Source: an uncultured Nitrospiraceae bacterium (GTDB lineage: Bacteria > Nitrospirota > Thermodesulfovibrionia > Thermodesulfovibrionales > UBA6898). From it: a stretch of 64,000 nucleotides of DNA. Numbering within the stretch: position 1 is the first letter of the stretch; each line of letters begins with the position of its first letter. The stretch covers positions 928,001 to 992,000 of the forward strand of contig CAWEQH010000010.1 of the NCBI GenBank assembly GCA_963811165.1, written 5' to 3'. A program made the position numbers and the translations under genes. Below, piece by piece: positions 19,945 to 31,228 of this stretch. The notes under the pieces were generated by a model that ran no database searches, was not told where the DNA came from, and saw only the letters and a program-made list of their open reading frames with translations.

Positions 19945-21054
19945 ATGGTAAATGAATTTTACATGAAAAAGGCCCTTGCCCTCGCAGCCCGTGCAAAGGG
20001 GATGACGAGCCCCAACCCTATGGTGGGCGCCCTGCTTGTAAAAAACGGCAAGGTGGTTGCCGAAGGGTATCACAAAAAGGCGGGGACGCCTCACGCAGAG
20101 GCAATTGCAATAGAAAACGCCGGACAGAGGGCAAGGGGCGCAACCCTTTACGTCAGTCTTGAACCCTGCTGCCACAAAAACAAAAGAACGCCCCCCTGTA
20201 CCCGAAAGATAATCTCCTCCGGAATAAAAAAGGTCGTCATCGCCATGAAAGACCCCAATCCAAAGGTATCGGGAAAGGGGATGGAGGAACTCGAAACCGC
20301 AGGGCTCAAGGTTGTTTCGGGCGTGCTCAGCGACAAGGCGGCCGAACTCAATGAATTTTACATAAAACATATAACGACAGGAATGCCCTTTGTCGTCCTT
20401 AAGGTCGCTATGACACTCGACGGAAAGATAGCCACGCCGGAAGGAGAATCAAAATGGATCACGGGCGAAAAGGCCAGGACTGCCGTGCACGCCCTTCGGG
20501 GCTCTGTCGATGCGATACTGACGGCCATCGGAACGATAAAGTCCGACAACCCGCAGCTGACCTGCAGGACCGAAGAGGACAACAACCCTGCCCGCGTCAT
20601 CATCGATCCTTCTTTGGAGGTAAGGCCTGACTCGAATGTATTGTGTATCCCGCCCGAGACGGTCATCGTGATGAGACGGCCGGAAGAGACAAGCGCCGGG
20701 CCTGAAATTCTCGAGAAAAAAAGGGTATTGCTCCATAGGGGAGCACAAATCATAGAGTATAGCGGAGACAAAGTCGACATGAAGTGGCTTATGAAAGAGC
20801 TGGGCACAAGGGGCATCATTTCCGTCTTGGTAGAGGGAGGCTCTTCCCTTAATTCATATTGTCTCGAAAGCGGGATAGTGGACAAGGTCATGTTCTTCGT
20901 TGCGCCGAAGATCATCGGCGGAAAGAGCTCATTCCCGGCGGTCGGCGGCAGGTCGTTTAGGAGGCTCGAAGAGGCTTACCGGATACATAACGTCGGGGTA
21001 AAAAGGATCGGCGAGGACATCCTCATCGAGGGGTACTTACATAACCATTCTTAA
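19945..21054 (+). CDS. ribD: Riboflavin biosynthesis deaminase/reductase RibD
   Basis: SPNPMVGA, PHAE, LEPCCH...TPPC, TLDGKIA, VEGG. Start uncertain (19897 or 19945). Confidence 0.97.
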   Translation: MVNEFYMKKALALAARAKGMTSPNPMVGALLVKNGKVVAEGYHKKAGTPHAEAIAIENAGQRARGATLYVSLEPCCHKNKRTPPCTRKIISSGIKKVVIAMKDPNPKVSGKGMEELETAGLKVVSGVLSDKAAELNEFYIKHITTGMPFVVLKVAMTLDGKIATPEGESKWITGEKARTAVHALRGSVDAILTAIGTIKSDNPQLTCRTEEDNNPARVIIDPSLEVRPDSNVLCIPPETVIVMRRPEETSAGPEILEKKRVLLHRGAQIIEYSGDKVDMKWLMKELGTRGIISVLVEGGSSLNSYCLESGIVDKVMFFVAPKIIGGKSSFPAVGGRSFRRLEEAYRIHNVGVKRIGEDILIEGYLHNHS

Positions 21055-21055
21055 A

Positions 21056-21083
21056 GTAAGGGCAATTCCTGGATTGCCCCTAC
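21056..21083. repeat. GTAG-type REP-like palindrome
   Basis: gtaagggcaattcctggattgcccctac. Confidence 0.65.
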
Positions 21084-21109
21084 AAACGATCAACCAGTGG
21101 TGATGTGAC

Positions 21110-22081
21110 ATGAAAAACATCTTGGCAGCTGACATCGGCGGCACACACAGCCGGTTTGCGCATTTCAGCTCCGACGAAAAGGGCAACCTTTCCCTTCTTG
21201 ATACCAGGTGGCTCAATACGGCCGATGCCTCCTCCTTTGCACAGCTAATAGACAGCCTGAAAACGTCCGGCATGTCTCTTAGGCCCGGGGATGCGGATAT
21301 AGTCGTTATCGCAATCGCCGGACCGGTCGAACAGGGCATGAGAAGTTCGCCCCCTTTAATACCGTGGGAGGTGGATCTTTCCTCAGCACGTACGGACTAT
21401 GGCTTCAGACAATTTGCCTTGATCAATGACTTTATCGCCCAGGCGCTGGCCTGCCTTACGGAAGTGGGCGGGTCGGCAATGGAGATTCTTCACGGCGAAC
21501 CGGTAAAAAACGCCCTAAAGGCAGTTATCGGAGCGGGTACGGGGCTGGGACACGCTGCCCTTGTGCCTGACGGGAAAGGTCAATATTTGGCAGCGGCCTC
21601 AGAGGCGGGCCATGCGAATTTTCCATTTGTCTCGAAGCGGGAGTACGAATTTCAGGAGTTCCTTCTCAAGGAACGGGGTGATCGGTACATTACCGGAAAT
21701 ACGGTCGTCTCGGGGCAGGGACTGAGCTACATCCATCGTTTCCTCACGGGCGAGAAGCTTGCCCCCGCCGGGGTCTCAGAAAAATTCCCTCACCATCCGG
21801 AGACGCTCGAATGGGCCGCCAGGTTTTACGGGAGGGCTTGCAGGAACTTCGCCGTCGGCACCCTGGCTTTGGGCGGTCTCTATATCGCCGGAGGGGTGGC
21901 CGCAAAAAGTCCGGAACTGGTTACCCATAAATATTTCGAGGAAGAATTCCGGGCTTCGGATACGCTCTCTGCCCTGCTCGAAAAAATTCCCGTATACCTC
22001 ATTACTGACGAAAACAGCGGGCTATGGGGGAGCGCACTATTCGGGCTCCGACTGTTAAACAATTACCCGCGTGAAAAGTGA
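21110..22081 (+). CDS. glk: Glucokinase (Glk family)
   Basis: ADIGGTHSRFA, LINDF, GAGTGLG, SEAGH, GGLYIAGGVA. Confidence 0.93.
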   Translation: MKNILAADIGGTHSRFAHFSSDEKGNLSLLDTRWLNTADASSFAQLIDSLKTSGMSLRPGDADIVVIAIAGPVEQGMRSSPPLIPWEVDLSSARTDYGFRQFALINDFIAQALACLTEVGGSAMEILHGEPVKNALKAVIGAGTGLGHAALVPDGKGQYLAAASEAGHANFPFVSKREYEFQEFLLKERGDRYITGNTVVSGQGLSYIHRFLTGEKLAPAGVSEKFPHHPETLEWAARFYGRACRNFAVGTLALGGLYIAGGVAAKSPELVTHKYFEEEFRASDTLSALLEKIPVYLITDENSGLWGSALFGLRLLNNYPREK

Positions 22082-22118
22082 TGCAGGTGGCCGCCAATGC
22101 GTTTCTTTCGAGGCTGTT

Positions 22119-22421
22119 CTACCCCGGCAGCTTGGCAGCGAGGACCTCTATCTTCTCGATAATAGGCGGCTGCGACAGCAGATCAGGCGCCTTCGCCATC
22201 AGTGCTGCGGCGACACGTCCGGAGAGATGGGCCTGACGGCCTGATTCGTCCGGAAAGGCATCGAATATACCGAAAGTAGAAGGCCCGAGACGGATCGCAA
22301 ACCAGGCTGTAGTTGCAGGCTCCTCCTGGACGACCTGCAGTCCTCCGCGGAGAAAGTTTTCGACCTCGGCCTCCTTCCCGGGTTTTGATTCCAACCGAAC
22401 AAACAACGCTACTGTGACCAT
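22119..22421 (-). CDS. Antibiotic biosynthesis monooxygenase (ABM) family protein
   Basis: Start MVTVALFVRLESKPGKE with strong RBS; FGIFDAFPDESGRQAHLSG. Confidence 0.85.
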   Translation of the reverse strand: MVTVALFVRLESKPGKEAEVENFLRGGLQVVQEEPATTAWFAIRLGPSTFGIFDAFPDESGRQAHLSGRVAAALMAKAPDLLSQPPIIEKIEVLAAKLPG

Positions 22422-22632
22422 GTCTATTCTCCTTTCTCCTGACCTGCTGGTTCTGTTTCGTACTCCTACGAAAAATGTTACCACGAAAATACGGCGCCGC
22501 ATATCCCGGTTTATTCACAAACTTGGTCCGGTGCCGGAAAGGGATGAATTTAAATGGTAGTGGGTCAGTTTACCCACTACCATTTATTACGATTTCTCTG
22601 GTCTGAGTCACTTTGTTCTGATAGAATAGGAC

Positions 22633-23385
22633 ATGTCGTCCAAGTCCAATATAAACATAGTCTCGGGTCTCTGCCAGGAATTCAGCAGCAATTGCAGCGT
22701 CGGCGGCATCACGTACCATGTGCAGACCGAAGATATGGGCACTAAGACATGCAAGATCATCTCCCGTGTGTATCAGAAGGGAGAGGTAGTCATGAGCCGA
22801 AAGTCGGACTACTCCCACATCGTGGAACTGAAAGACCGGAAAGAGAAGCTTAAGACCCTCATGGAGAACCATCACAAGGCAACGATCGACACTTTTACAA
22901 AGGGCATGTCGAAGAAGCAAAAGACCAAATCCGACTATTTCGAAGAGGCCAAGAAACTCTTACGGAAAGGCAGTGGAAAGGCGGCCATGGGGACGCTTCG
23001 GGAGTCACTCGAGAATTTCCCTTCTGACCCTTTTCTTATGTCGTATTACGGCTGTCTGGTCGCTGTCGTCGAAAACAATCCGAAAGAGGGGATAAGACTA
23101 TGCCGGGAGGCTATCGGCGGGATCCGGAATTCATTGCCCTTCGGCAGTGAATTCTTTTACCCTGCCCTCTACCTTAATCTGGGGCGGGCCTGTCTGAAGG
23201 GCAACCGCAGGGCAGAGGCCGTCGATGCGTTTCAGACAGGTCTGAAGAACGACCCTGATAATCATGATCTCTTATGGGAGTTGAGGAAACTCGGCATGAG
23301 GAAAAAACCTCCGGTCCCTTTTCTGCAGAGAAGCAACCCGGTCAACAAATATATAGGCCTGCTCGTTTCAAAAGTCGCCAGGTAA
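22633..23385 (+). CDS. TPR-containing hypothetical protein
   Basis: C-terminal TPR-like helices (YLNLGRA...AVDAFQTGLKNDPDN). Confidence 0.75.
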   Translation: MSSKSNINIVSGLCQEFSSNCSVGGITYHVQTEDMGTKTCKIISRVYQKGEVVMSRKSDYSHIVELKDRKEKLKTLMENHHKATIDTFTKGMSKKQKTKSDYFEEAKKLLRKGSGKAAMGTLRESLENFPSDPFLMSYYGCLVAVVENNPKEGIRLCREAIGGIRNSLPFGSEFFYPALYLNLGRACLKGNRRAEAVDAFQTGLKNDPDNHDLLWELRKLGMRKKPPVPFLQRSNPVNKYIGLLVSKVAR

Positions 23386-23388
23386 ACG

Positions 23389-24267
23389 CTATCCGACTAT
23401 AATACGGTAAATCTCCCGATACCTCTCGATCGCCTTTTCGACTATATGGCCGGGAAGGACCGGTCCGGGATAAGTCTGGTCCCAATCGAGAGTCAGCAGA
23501 TAGTCCCTGATAATCTGTTTGTCATAGCTGTCCTGCCCCTTCCCCGGCTCATACGTCTTCATCGACCAAAACCGCGACGAATCCGGGGTGAGCACTTCGT
23601 CTATGAGTATGAGCTTGCCGCCATACATGCCGAATTCGAATTTGGTGTCTGCGATGATAATACCTTTCTTTTCGGCCATGTCTCCGGCCTTTTTATAAAT
23701 CCTGAGGCTTGCGTCCTTTAGTCTTTCTGCCTTCTCATCGCCGACCATATTTTTCATCCTGTCGAAGCCTATATTTATGTCGTGTCCTTCTTCGGCCTTC
23801 GTGCTCGGCGTAAATATCGGCTCCGCAAGCCGCGATGACTCGACGAGACCAGAGGGAAGAATAATGCCGCATACCGTACCCTTCGCCTTATATTCTTTCC
23901 ATCCGGACCCCGAAAGATAGCCCCTGACGATGCATTCGACCGGCATGGGGTCGGCCTTTTTTACAAGCATGCTCCTCCCTTCAAGTACTTCCCGGTATTT
24001 GTGCAAAACCGCGGGGTAATCTTTTACCTCGGTCGCCACGATATGGTTTTCGATTATGTCCCTCACCTGGCCGAACCAGTAAAGCGATATCTGGGTCAGG
24101 ACCTTGCCCTTCCCTGCGATTCCGTTTGGCAGTACCACGTCGAAGGCGGATATACGGTCTGTAGCAATGATGAGGAGGAATTCCCCAACCTCATACACGT
24201 CCCTCACCTTGCCCCTTCTGAGGAGCTTTATGTCCGGCAGATTAGTTTCAACGATCACTTTTTCCAT
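23389..24267 (-). CDS. purC: SAICAR synthase
   Basis: [35 protein letters not shown]. Confidence 0.97.
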   Translation of the reverse strand: MEKVIVETNLPDIKLLRRGKVRDVYEVGEFLLIIATDRISAFDVVLPNGIAGKGKVLTQISLYWFGQVRDIIENHIVATEVKDYPAVLHKYREVLEGRSMLVKKADPMPVECIVRGYLSGSGWKEYKAKGTVCGIILPSGLVESSRLAEPIFTPSTKAEEGHDINIGFDRMKNMVGDEKAERLKDASLRIYKKAGDMAEKKGIIIADTKFEFGMYGGKLILIDEVLTPDSSRFWSMKTYEPGKGQDSYDKQIIRDYLLTLDWDQTYPGPVLPGHIVEKAIERYREIYRIIVG

Positions 24268-24355
24268 GAGTGCCCTCTTAGCCCGTAAAATTTAATACAC
24301 AAATAAGGCTTGATACGGTATTCGAACGGTTTCTTTTGCCGATATTCCTACAGTA

Positions 24356-24388
24356 CCCCCCTTACCAAGGGGGGATGTAAGGGGGGTG
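24356..24388. repeat. CCCCCCTT-n3-AAGGGGGG palindromic repeat
   Basis: ccccccttaccaaggggggatgtaaggggggtg; same family as 3364-3384. Confidence 0.6.
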
Positions 24389-24482
24389 AGGCAAAAGCCT
24401 CGGAGTCCCGAAAGTCGGGACGAGAATGAGAGAGAATGCCGTGTCACGCCTTACTCTTACCATAGTTTATTGAAAATGTGGT

Positions 24483-25910
24483 TCAGCCAAGTTTTTTCTT
24501 GAGCAGCTCGTTTAGCATCTTAGGGTTGGCCTTCCCCTTCGTCGCCTTCATCACCTGCCCGACGAAGAACCCCAAAAGTTTTTCGTCTCCGGACCTGAAC
24601 CTCTCGACCTCCTGCGGATGCCCGGCGATCACTTCGTCGACCGCCTTTTCGATCGCGGATTCATCGCTTATCTGCAGAAGACCTTTTTCCTTTACGATTT
24701 CTTCTGCGTTCTTCCCGCTCCTATACATTTCTTCAAAGACCGTCTTGGCGATCTTTCCGCTGATGGTCCCCTTCTCTACGAGCACCAGCATCCCGGCCAG
24801 TTGTGCCGGCTTTAGCGGGCATTCATCTATGAATTTATTGTCCTCGTTCAAAAGTCTCATGAGATCGCCCATCATCCAGTTGGAGACCGCCTTGGGCTGG
24901 CCGCCGGCCTTTATCGCCTCCTCGAACCACCCGGCAATCGCCTTCTCTGAAGTGAGAAGGTCGGCATCGTATTCGGGTATCCCATACTCCGATACGAAAC
25001 GGCTTCTCCTTGCATCAGGCAGCTCGGGAAGCCCGGCCTTTATCTCCTCTACCCAGCCCGGATCGGCCGTGATCGGCACCAGGTCAGGCTCGGGAAAATA
25101 CCTGTAGTCATGGGCCTCTTCCTTTGAGCGCATCGATTCCGTAATGCCCTTTCCCGAATCCCAGAGCCTCGTCTCCTGGACGATCTTTCCGCCCTCTTCG
25201 ATCACCTTTATCTGCCTCTTTATCTCGTACTCGACCGCTTTTTCGACAAACCTGAAGGAATTGATGTTCTTCACCTCGGCGCGGGTACCGAATTCCTTCT
25301 GACCGACCGGCCTTACCGAAACGTTTGCGTCGCACCGAAGCGAGCCCTCTTCCATGTTGCCGTCGCATACGCCCAAATACCTAAGTATAGACCTGAGCTT
25401 CTTCATATACTCGGACGCCTCTTTAGGACTGCGGATGTCGGGCTCGGAGACTATCTCCATCAGGGGGACTCCGGCCCTGTTCAAATCCACAAAGCTGTAG
25501 TTGCCCCCTCCTTCGTGGATGTTTTTTCCGGCGTCCTCCTCCATATGTATCCTCGTGATGCCTATCCTTCTGGCCCCGCCGTCCGCCGCGATCTCGATAA
25601 AGCCGTGCTCGCAGATCGGGTGTTCGAATTGGCTTATCTGATAGCCCTTCGGGAGGTCGGGATAGAAATAATTCTTCCGGGCAAACCGGCTGTAAGAGGA
25701 TATGCTGCAGTGCGTCGCCAGTCCGGTCCTTATCGCAAATTCAAGCGCCTTTTTATTAAGGACCGGAAGGACACCCGGCATGCCTATACAGATCTCGCAG
25801 GTCTGCGTATTGGGCTCGGAGCCGAACTTTGTAGAGCAGCCGCAAAACACCTTCGTATCCGTAAGCAACTGGGCATGAACTTCTAGTCCTATTACCGCCT
25901 CGTATTTCAC
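24483..25910 (-). CDS. gatB: Asp/Glu-tRNA amidotransferase subunit B
   Basis: [40 protein letters not shown]. Confidence 0.98.
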   Translation of the reverse strand: MKYEAVIGLEVHAQLLTDTKVFCGCSTKFGSEPNTQTCEICIGMPGVLPVLNKKALEFAIRTGLATHCSISSYSRFARKNYFYPDLPKGYQISQFEHPICEHGFIEIAADGGARRIGITRIHMEEDAGKNIHEGGGNYSFVDLNRAGVPLMEIVSEPDIRSPKEASEYMKKLRSILRYLGVCDGNMEEGSLRCDANVSVRPVGQKEFGTRAEVKNINSFRFVEKAVEYEIKRQIKVIEEGGKIVQETRLWDSGKGITESMRSKEEAHDYRYFPEPDLVPITADPGWVEEIKAGLPELPDARRSRFVSEYGIPEYDADLLTSEKAIAGWFEEAIKAGGQPKAVSNWMMGDLMRLLNEDNKFIDECPLKPAQLAGMLVLVEKGTISGKIAKTVFEEMYRSGKNAEEIVKEKGLLQISDESAIEKAVDEVIAGHPQEVERFRSGDEKLLGFFVGQVMKATKGKANPKMLNELLKKKLG

Positions 25911-27361
25911 AGCGCCGGCCTCCTCTTATGCCAGTCTGTAGATTGCTCATAGGCAGAAGACGCCCTAAGCAGCGTCTCTTCACCGAAGTGTTGTCCGATC
26001 AACTGGAGCCCTATCGGCAGACCTCCGGATGTAAACCCGCAGGGGATCGAAATGCCCGGGACACCCGCAAGGTTAACCGATATCGTAAAGATGTCGGCCA
26101 GATACATCTGCAGAGGATCTTCCGTCTTTTCTCCGATCCTGAAGGCGGCGGTCGGAGAAGTAGGGGTCACAACGATATCGACTTTCTTGAACGCATTTTC
26201 GAAATCGTTTTTGATGAGCGTCCTCACCTGTTGCGCCTTTTTATAATATGCGTCGTAATAGCCGGATGAAAGCGCGTAGGTGCCGATCATGATCCTCCTT
26301 TTCACCTCTGCGCCGAACCCCTGGGCCCTTGATTTCATGTACATGTCGATCAGGTCCTTGCCTTCGGCCCTGAAACCGTACTTGACGCCGTCATAACGGG
26401 CAAGGTTTGAACTCGCCTCCGAAGTCGCAAGCACATAGTAGGTGGCCACGGCATAACCGGTATGAGGGAGGGAAACCTCGACGGGCACTGCGCCCAGCGA
26501 CTCGAATTTTCCGATAGCCTCTTTCACGGCCCTTTCGACCTCGGGGTCGAGTCCTTCGATGAAGTACTCCTTCGGTATGCCGATCTTAAGCCCCTTGATA
26601 TCTCTTCCTACGACCGAGGCAAAGTCGGGGACGTCCACGGGAGCAGACGTGGAGTCGCGGGGGTCCCTGCCTGACAAGACATTCATGAGTATCGCGCAGT
26701 CCCGCACATTCTTTGTTATCGGACCTATCTGGTCCAAAGAGGACGCAAAGGCGACAAGGCCATAGCGTGAGACCCTGCCGTAGGTCGGCTTCAGGCCTAC
26801 GACCCCGCACAACGACGCAGGCTGTCTTATCGATCCGCCGGTATCGGAGCCCAAGGCCGCGATACATTCACCCGCGGCAACCGCAGCAGCGGACCCGCCG
26901 CTGGACCCTCCGGGTATCCTTCCGGTGTCCCATGGGTTTCTCGTCGTATGAAATCCTGAATTCTCAGTCGATGACCCCATCGCAAACTCGTCGAGGTTCG
27001 TCTTTCCCGTAAGCACATAGCCGTCTTTCCGCAGCCTTGCGGTAACAGAACTTTCATAAGGAGGAACAAAGTTCCGAAGGATCTTCGACGAGCAGGTGGT
27101 CTTTATCCCCTTAGTGCACATGTTGTCCTTGATCGCGATGGGAATTCCCAGGAGTGTACCGGACCTGCCTTCAGACCTTTCTTTGTCGGCGGCACCGGCC
27201 ATCTCAAACGCCTCATCCCGCGTCAGGGTAACGTAGGCCCTGATCTTCTCCTCCACCGCGTCGATCCTTCCATAGACAGAGGAGATGACCTCCACGGCAG
27301 AGATCTCCTTTTTTTCGAGCATCCGCTTAAGATCATGGATTCCAAGATTGAAAAGCTCCAA
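25907..27361 (-). CDS. gatA: Asp/Glu-tRNA amidotransferase subunit A
   Basis: Amidase signature [24 protein letters not shown] start with GGAGG RBS. Confidence 0.98.
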   Translation of the reverse strand: MELFNLGIHDLKRMLEKKEISAVEVISSVYGRIDAVEEKIRAYVTLTRDEAFEMAGAADKERSEGRSGTLLGIPIAIKDNMCTKGIKTTCSSKILRNFVPPYESSVTARLRKDGYVLTGKTNLDEFAMGSSTENSGFHTTRNPWDTGRIPGGSSGGSAAAVAAGECIAALGSDTGGSIRQPASLCGVVGLKPTYGRVSRYGLVAFASSLDQIGPITKNVRDCAILMNVLSGRDPRDSTSAPVDVPDFASVVGRDIKGLKIGIPKEYFIEGLDPEVERAVKEAIGKFESLGAVPVEVSLPHTGYAVATYYVLATSEASSNLARYDGVKYGFRAEGKDLIDMYMKSRAQGFGAEVKRRIMIGTYALSSGYYDAYYKKAQQVRTLIKNDFENAFKKVDIVVTPTSPTAAFRIGEKTEDPLQMYLADIFTISVNLAGVPGISIPCGFTSGGLPIGLQLIGQHFGEETLLRASSAYEQSTDWHKRRPAL

Positions 27362-27389
27362 AAAAACCTCCGGGAAAATTGGGATTTAA

Positions 27390-27420
27390 AAGTTTAGCAC
27401 TCGCAGATTGCTGATTGCAA
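27390..27420 (-). promoter_or_regulatory. Probable sigma70 promoter of gatAB
   Basis: Minus strand TTGCAA-18 bp-TAAACT with extended -10 TG. Confidence 0.5.
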
Positions 27421-27474
27421 TATTTTCACAGTTGAAAGAATATCTATCTATATTATTATTCGTTAGTTCTCACC

Positions 27475-27690
27475 GCCGGAGCCCTTTTTGATAATTTTAG
27501 GTTTGCGACAAAGGCCGAAGGTTAAAAATTTCAGGCTGTCTGAGCCCCGAAAACTTTCGGGGCGAGTTCCTAAAATTTACTGAGGCCGACCGAGCAAACC
27601 GTGAAGAAATTATCATGGGGTGCCCTTCTTTCGGCTACATTTCTTGGAGCAAGCAAGAAATGTAGCTCGGGTATGGGGCGAAGCTCCATA
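27475..27690. repeat. Structured intergenic element (MITE- or REPIN-like)
   Basis: Nested hairpins: aaattt..ccccgaaaactttcgggg..aaattt; gctacatttcttg-gagcaag-caagaaatgtagc; atggggcgaagctccat. Confidence 0.5.
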
Positions 27691-27743
27691 AAAAAGATAA
27701 TTGATCATATCTTGCATATTCTTCACCACTAACTTTTCACTAT

Positions 27744-28175
27744 TTACTTCTTCTTATTAAAATCGACCCTGACGACTTTATTGCCGGACGATTTCGCAGG
27801 CTTTCCGCCGGGTTTCGACGCCCGTTTTTTCGCGTGGAGTTCGTTTTTTCCAGGATGCGGTGCCTCCTCGGACGCCGAAAACTGGGCAGAGAGCTCAGGA
27901 GAAAATACCGATATGATCGACTCAAGCGGGATAAAACATTGATGAGTGACGGCACCGAAAACGAGTTTTGCCGATATCCCGTCCCCGCCCCACTCGAAAT
28001 TCATCCTTCTGTTAAACACAAGGACAATCCCCTTTTCCTTCTCCTCGGGCAAAAACCCCCGCTCGCCGATGACGACGTCCGGAGAATAACGCGCAAGGAT
28101 AAAGACCCTGCCGACAAGATCGAGCATGTCAAAGAATATCCTTTTTTTCAGTTCATTCAGGTTCGATACCGTCAT
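27744..28175 (-). CDS. SspB-like ClpXP adaptor (stringent starvation protein B family)
   Basis: IVLVF..., ISAKLVFG...CFIPLESIISVF, disordered tail ending KVVRVDF. Confidence 0.7.
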   Translation of the reverse strand: MTVSNLNELKKRIFFDMLDLVGRVFILARYSPDVVIGERGFLPEEKEKGIVLVFNRRMNFEWGGDGISAKLVFGAVTHQCFIPLESIISVFSPELSAQFSASEEAPHPGKNELHAKKRASKPGGKPAKSSGNKVVRVDFNKKK

Positions 28176-28413
28176 CTCGTTCTCCGGCGGCCGGCTTCTC
28201 CTGCCGGTCCCTCATCATCTCTTCAGCCGCAGCCCTGTCCTCTTCCTTTACAAGCACCTTCACTTCTCCCATCTTCCCCATATTCACCGGATAGGGCGTC
28301 ACCTTCGAAGACCGTATCTCGGCCTTTATGCCGCCGCTTTCCAAGAGGTCTTTGATCATCTCGGCCTCTAAGGAATCATATGTCACGATCAATTCAATCC
28401 ATTTACCGGGCAT
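28153..28413 (-). CDS. DUF2007-like putative signal-transducing protein
   Basis: Start MPGKW at 28413; EAEMIKDLLESGGI...VKVLVKEEDRAAAEE. Confidence 0.8.
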   Translation of the reverse strand: MPGKWIELIVTYDSLEAEMIKDLLESGGIKAEIRSSKVTPYPVNMGKMGEVKVLVKEEDRAAAEEMMRDRQEKPAAGERDDGIEPE

Positions 28414-28714
28414 GGTTAAGCATAAAATTATGGAGAAGACTAAGTCAAAATTTTTGGCCCCGAGTCGGACAACTTCCTTAGAAGACCTTCGCCCCTCTAC
28501 CGGGGAACTCACACGGGCATTGCCTCCGTGTTCGCTTAAAAAAATATTATTTTCCCCTGCCGCAAGCGCATGGCTTTCTAACGGGATGAATTGCAGCAAC
28601 CTGCTTTGTGAAATTGGGATCACGGGTTCGTGTTACACCGACACCCATTTAGAGGACAAATAAATACTTCAGCCGTGATGGAAGAGATATCGATTACCGA
28701 TTAAACTCTGCAAC

Positions 28715-28744
28715 AAAAAAGGGCGAGTGAAGATTGCTCGCCCT
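28715..28744 (-). terminator. Rho-independent terminator
   Basis: agggcgag..ctcgccct stem with an A tract on the plus strand, downstream of the PPC-domain gene. Confidence 0.75.
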
Positions 28745-28762
28745 GCGGAATTAGTATTCCCG

Positions 28763-31093
28763 TCACTGTGCCATCCAGTATTTTTTCTCTCCGGGGTTTG
28801 CGCAATTTGGTCCCAGGATATAGTACCCTTTGATTGTATGGGGATATATCAGTGTTCCCGTATAGTATGAAACACAATCCTTGCCGTCTGTCGGCGTGAG
28901 TGTGATAGTCGAGCCGGCCTGCGTCCAGCTGCCATGATAGTCCGGCCTTGCCATGTCGGAAGAGGCGAAAATATCGTACTGATGATTTGTATAAAACTTC
29001 AGATAGTTCGGCACGGGATAACAGGACGTGGATGTCTCGTCACAGCTCTTGTATATGTCCCAGCTATAAGTGAACAGGTCGACGGTATTTGTCGTCTCAG
29101 GTTCCATACGGACCTCGTCGTAGGCCCAACTCCCGATGACCTCACCGTAGCGCATGACCACATCCTCGATGGCATAATCCAATAGCGCAAGGGCATCGAC
29201 AAAGCTGAAAAGTGGTGAGGGAGTCTCTAAAAGTTGAGTATTGATATAGGCCGTCGGCAGGTCATGGGCCAGATCCTCGAAAGTCCTCTTGAGATTGTCC
29301 CGGCCCAGTGCCGACCAGAGATTGCCATTGCCGGTGTACCATTCACTGGTAGCGTACATCGCCAGATTGCAGGCTAAGTTCATTATAGGTTCTGTCGCCT
29401 CGGTGAGATCTCCCGTGGCCCAAAGAAGTCTGAAGCCTTCAAAAAACATGGAGGCGAGATCTATATTGTTCAGGGCGTTGACGAGCTTCGGGTCCTTTTG
29501 GTTGCCGAGTTCGAGCCCTTCTATTTCAAGGCCGGTTATCTGGCTCGGCAGCCCCCGAAGCAACGCGAGCACCTGAGAGCCGATGCTATCCTCGCCTGAG
29601 AGTATTGAGAAGAAATGCGGCAACAACCGCCAGGTTGCCCCGAATGTCTCTATCGTAAGGGAGCTTGAGTCTAAGTCGAGGCTCTCTTCGTTGTCGTTAC
29701 TCGCATTAAACCATTCCCCCGTATACCCCAACTTGGGGCCAAAATACGTGCCGATAAGCCGGAGCAGATTATTATCGAAATAGCGGGCCGGAGGTGACAC
29801 AAAGAAGGGGCCGCTCCCGTCCGTGCCCTCTATCGCAGCCCACCGATGGAACTGGTTCGTGGCATCCACTATTTTCTCGGCGAGCCTTGTGAGCTTAACT
29901 CCGGTCTTTAGGGTCAAAGGGTTCGCATAAGTGAGGAGTTGATCACTGGTTGCGGCATCGAGCCCTGAAGCGGCGGCCGAAGGATTATCACCAAAGTAGT
30001 CCATGACAAATAGCCCGACGGACCTGCGGGTCGTATCATCGGAGATGGCTACGTTGCCGAGTGCGGTGTTATAAAGATAGGCCTTTCCCGACTTGACAAC
30101 CCCAACCAGGGTATTCTCCGGCACCGAGGCAGTTTGGTCGTAGTACTGCCCCTTAATAAGTATTTGTGAGTTAGGAATAAACAATGTCCCGTCAGCGAAG
30201 CCCGCGCTGCCGTCGGCGACATTTTCCGGTCCGGGCTTTACGTAGTAGGAAGTAGTCCAGATGTAATAGATGTCCGTTCGCCCGGCAGGTCCCGCCCCGA
30301 AATAGAGGTCATACCTCCCCGGGGGAAGTCCCGAAAGAGGACGATCCCCAAAGATATTCTCACTCAAAGGCCCCGTAACATTCCTGCGCCAAGGGACATA
30401 GCCGGCGGAAAACGGTTTTAATTGGTTATTTTCCGCCAGTAGATAGATGTTCTTTGAGTCAATAGGATTGGCACGGACTCCGACGTAGAGGTCAACCGGG
30501 GCCGCAAATCTCTGGGTCTCGACCTTGACCGTAATTGTCTTACTACCCGAGACGGAGGGTTGGATACAAATCGGCTTGGAACTCGCGGCATCATAGTTTG
30601 CGACGCACGTTCCGGTTGGTTGATAAGCCCAGATTTCCTGTCCGGTCGGAACCGGCAGTGCGCCTATCGGCACCTCCACAGTGGCGGTCAAGGTGAAAGA
30701 AGTTCTTGTGCCGTTCAGATTCAGTGTCGCGACATACCACACGCCTTCGCGAAGGGGAGGGGTTGTCTCAGGTGTCAGCACAATCGTTTCATCCGCCGTC
30801 CACCCTATCGATCTAGCGTCAGCATTCGCGTACAATTGCTCCGGAGTATTGCCTTGGGCGGGACTGCCGTACTTCAAATAGAGATCGAGATCGCCGCTTC
30901 CGTTTCTGATGGTGACAGTAAGTTTTGTGGCACCTGAAGGTATGTAGATATCCGTATTGGCATATGTCATGGACTCGAGATACGTGTCGAAGGGAACACC
31001 GCTTTGGAGCGACGCTTCAGAGTTGAGGGGAAAAGTAAGAACCAAGAAAAAGACAGATATAATTAGTGATGATACTGCTCGCGCGTGTCCCAT
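28763..31093 (-). CDS. Large secreted protein with an N-terminal PPC (pre-peptidase C-terminal) domain
   Basis: Signal peptide (..LNSEA); IPSGATKLTVTIRNGSGDLDLYLKYG PPC signature; remainder unrecognised. GGAGGT RBS before ATG 31093. Confidence 0.75.
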   Translation of the reverse strand: MGHARAVSSLIISVFFLVLTFPLNSEASLQSGVPFDTYLESMTYANTDIYIPSGATKLTVTIRNGSGDLDLYLKYGSPAQGNTPEQLYANADARSIGWTADETIVLTPETTPPLREGVWYVATLNLNGTRTSFTLTATVEVPIGALPVPTGQEIWAYQPTGTCVANYDAASSKPICIQPSVSGSKTITVKVETQRFAAPVDLYVGVRANPIDSKNIYLLAENNQLKPFSAGYVPWRRNVTGPLSENIFGDRPLSGLPPGRYDLYFGAGPAGRTDIYYIWTTSYYVKPGPENVADGSAGFADGTLFIPNSQILIKGQYYDQTASVPENTLVGVVKSGKAYLYNTALGNVAISDDTTRRSVGLFVMDYFGDNPSAAASGLDAATSDQLLTYANPLTLKTGVKLTRLAEKIVDATNQFHRWAAIEGTDGSGPFFVSPPARYFDNNLLRLIGTYFGPKLGYTGEWFNASNDNEESLDLDSSSLTIETFGATWRLLPHFFSILSGEDSIGSQVLALLRGLPSQITGLEIEGLELGNQKDPKLVNALNNIDLASMFFEGFRLLWATGDLTEATEPIMNLACNLAMYATSEWYTGNGNLWSALGRDNLKRTFEDLAHDLPTAYINTQLLETPSPLFSFVDALALLDYAIEDVVMRYGEVIGSWAYDEVRMEPETTNTVDLFTYSWDIYKSCDETSTSCYPVPNYLKFYTNHQYDIFASSDMARPDYHGSWTQAGSTITLTPTDGKDCVSYYTGTLIYPHTIKGYYILGPNCANPGEKKYWMAQ

Positions 31094-31228
31094 ACCCACC
31101 TCCAATGGCTGGACATAGAGGGGAGGGTCGCTATTGCCCTCTCAATTGACTTCTATCATGGATACATGCGGTTGTCAATTTATAATTTGAGGTTCCTACG
31201 TCATTTCACAGAGTAAAGCAAGAGCTCG

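Noticed and set aside
27394..27420. Possible CIRCE (HrcA) operator TTAGCACTC
   Set aside because: Only the left half-site is perfect, with wrong spacing and sequence for the right half. It is better explained as the extended -10 of the gatA promoter, and no chaperone genes are adjacent.
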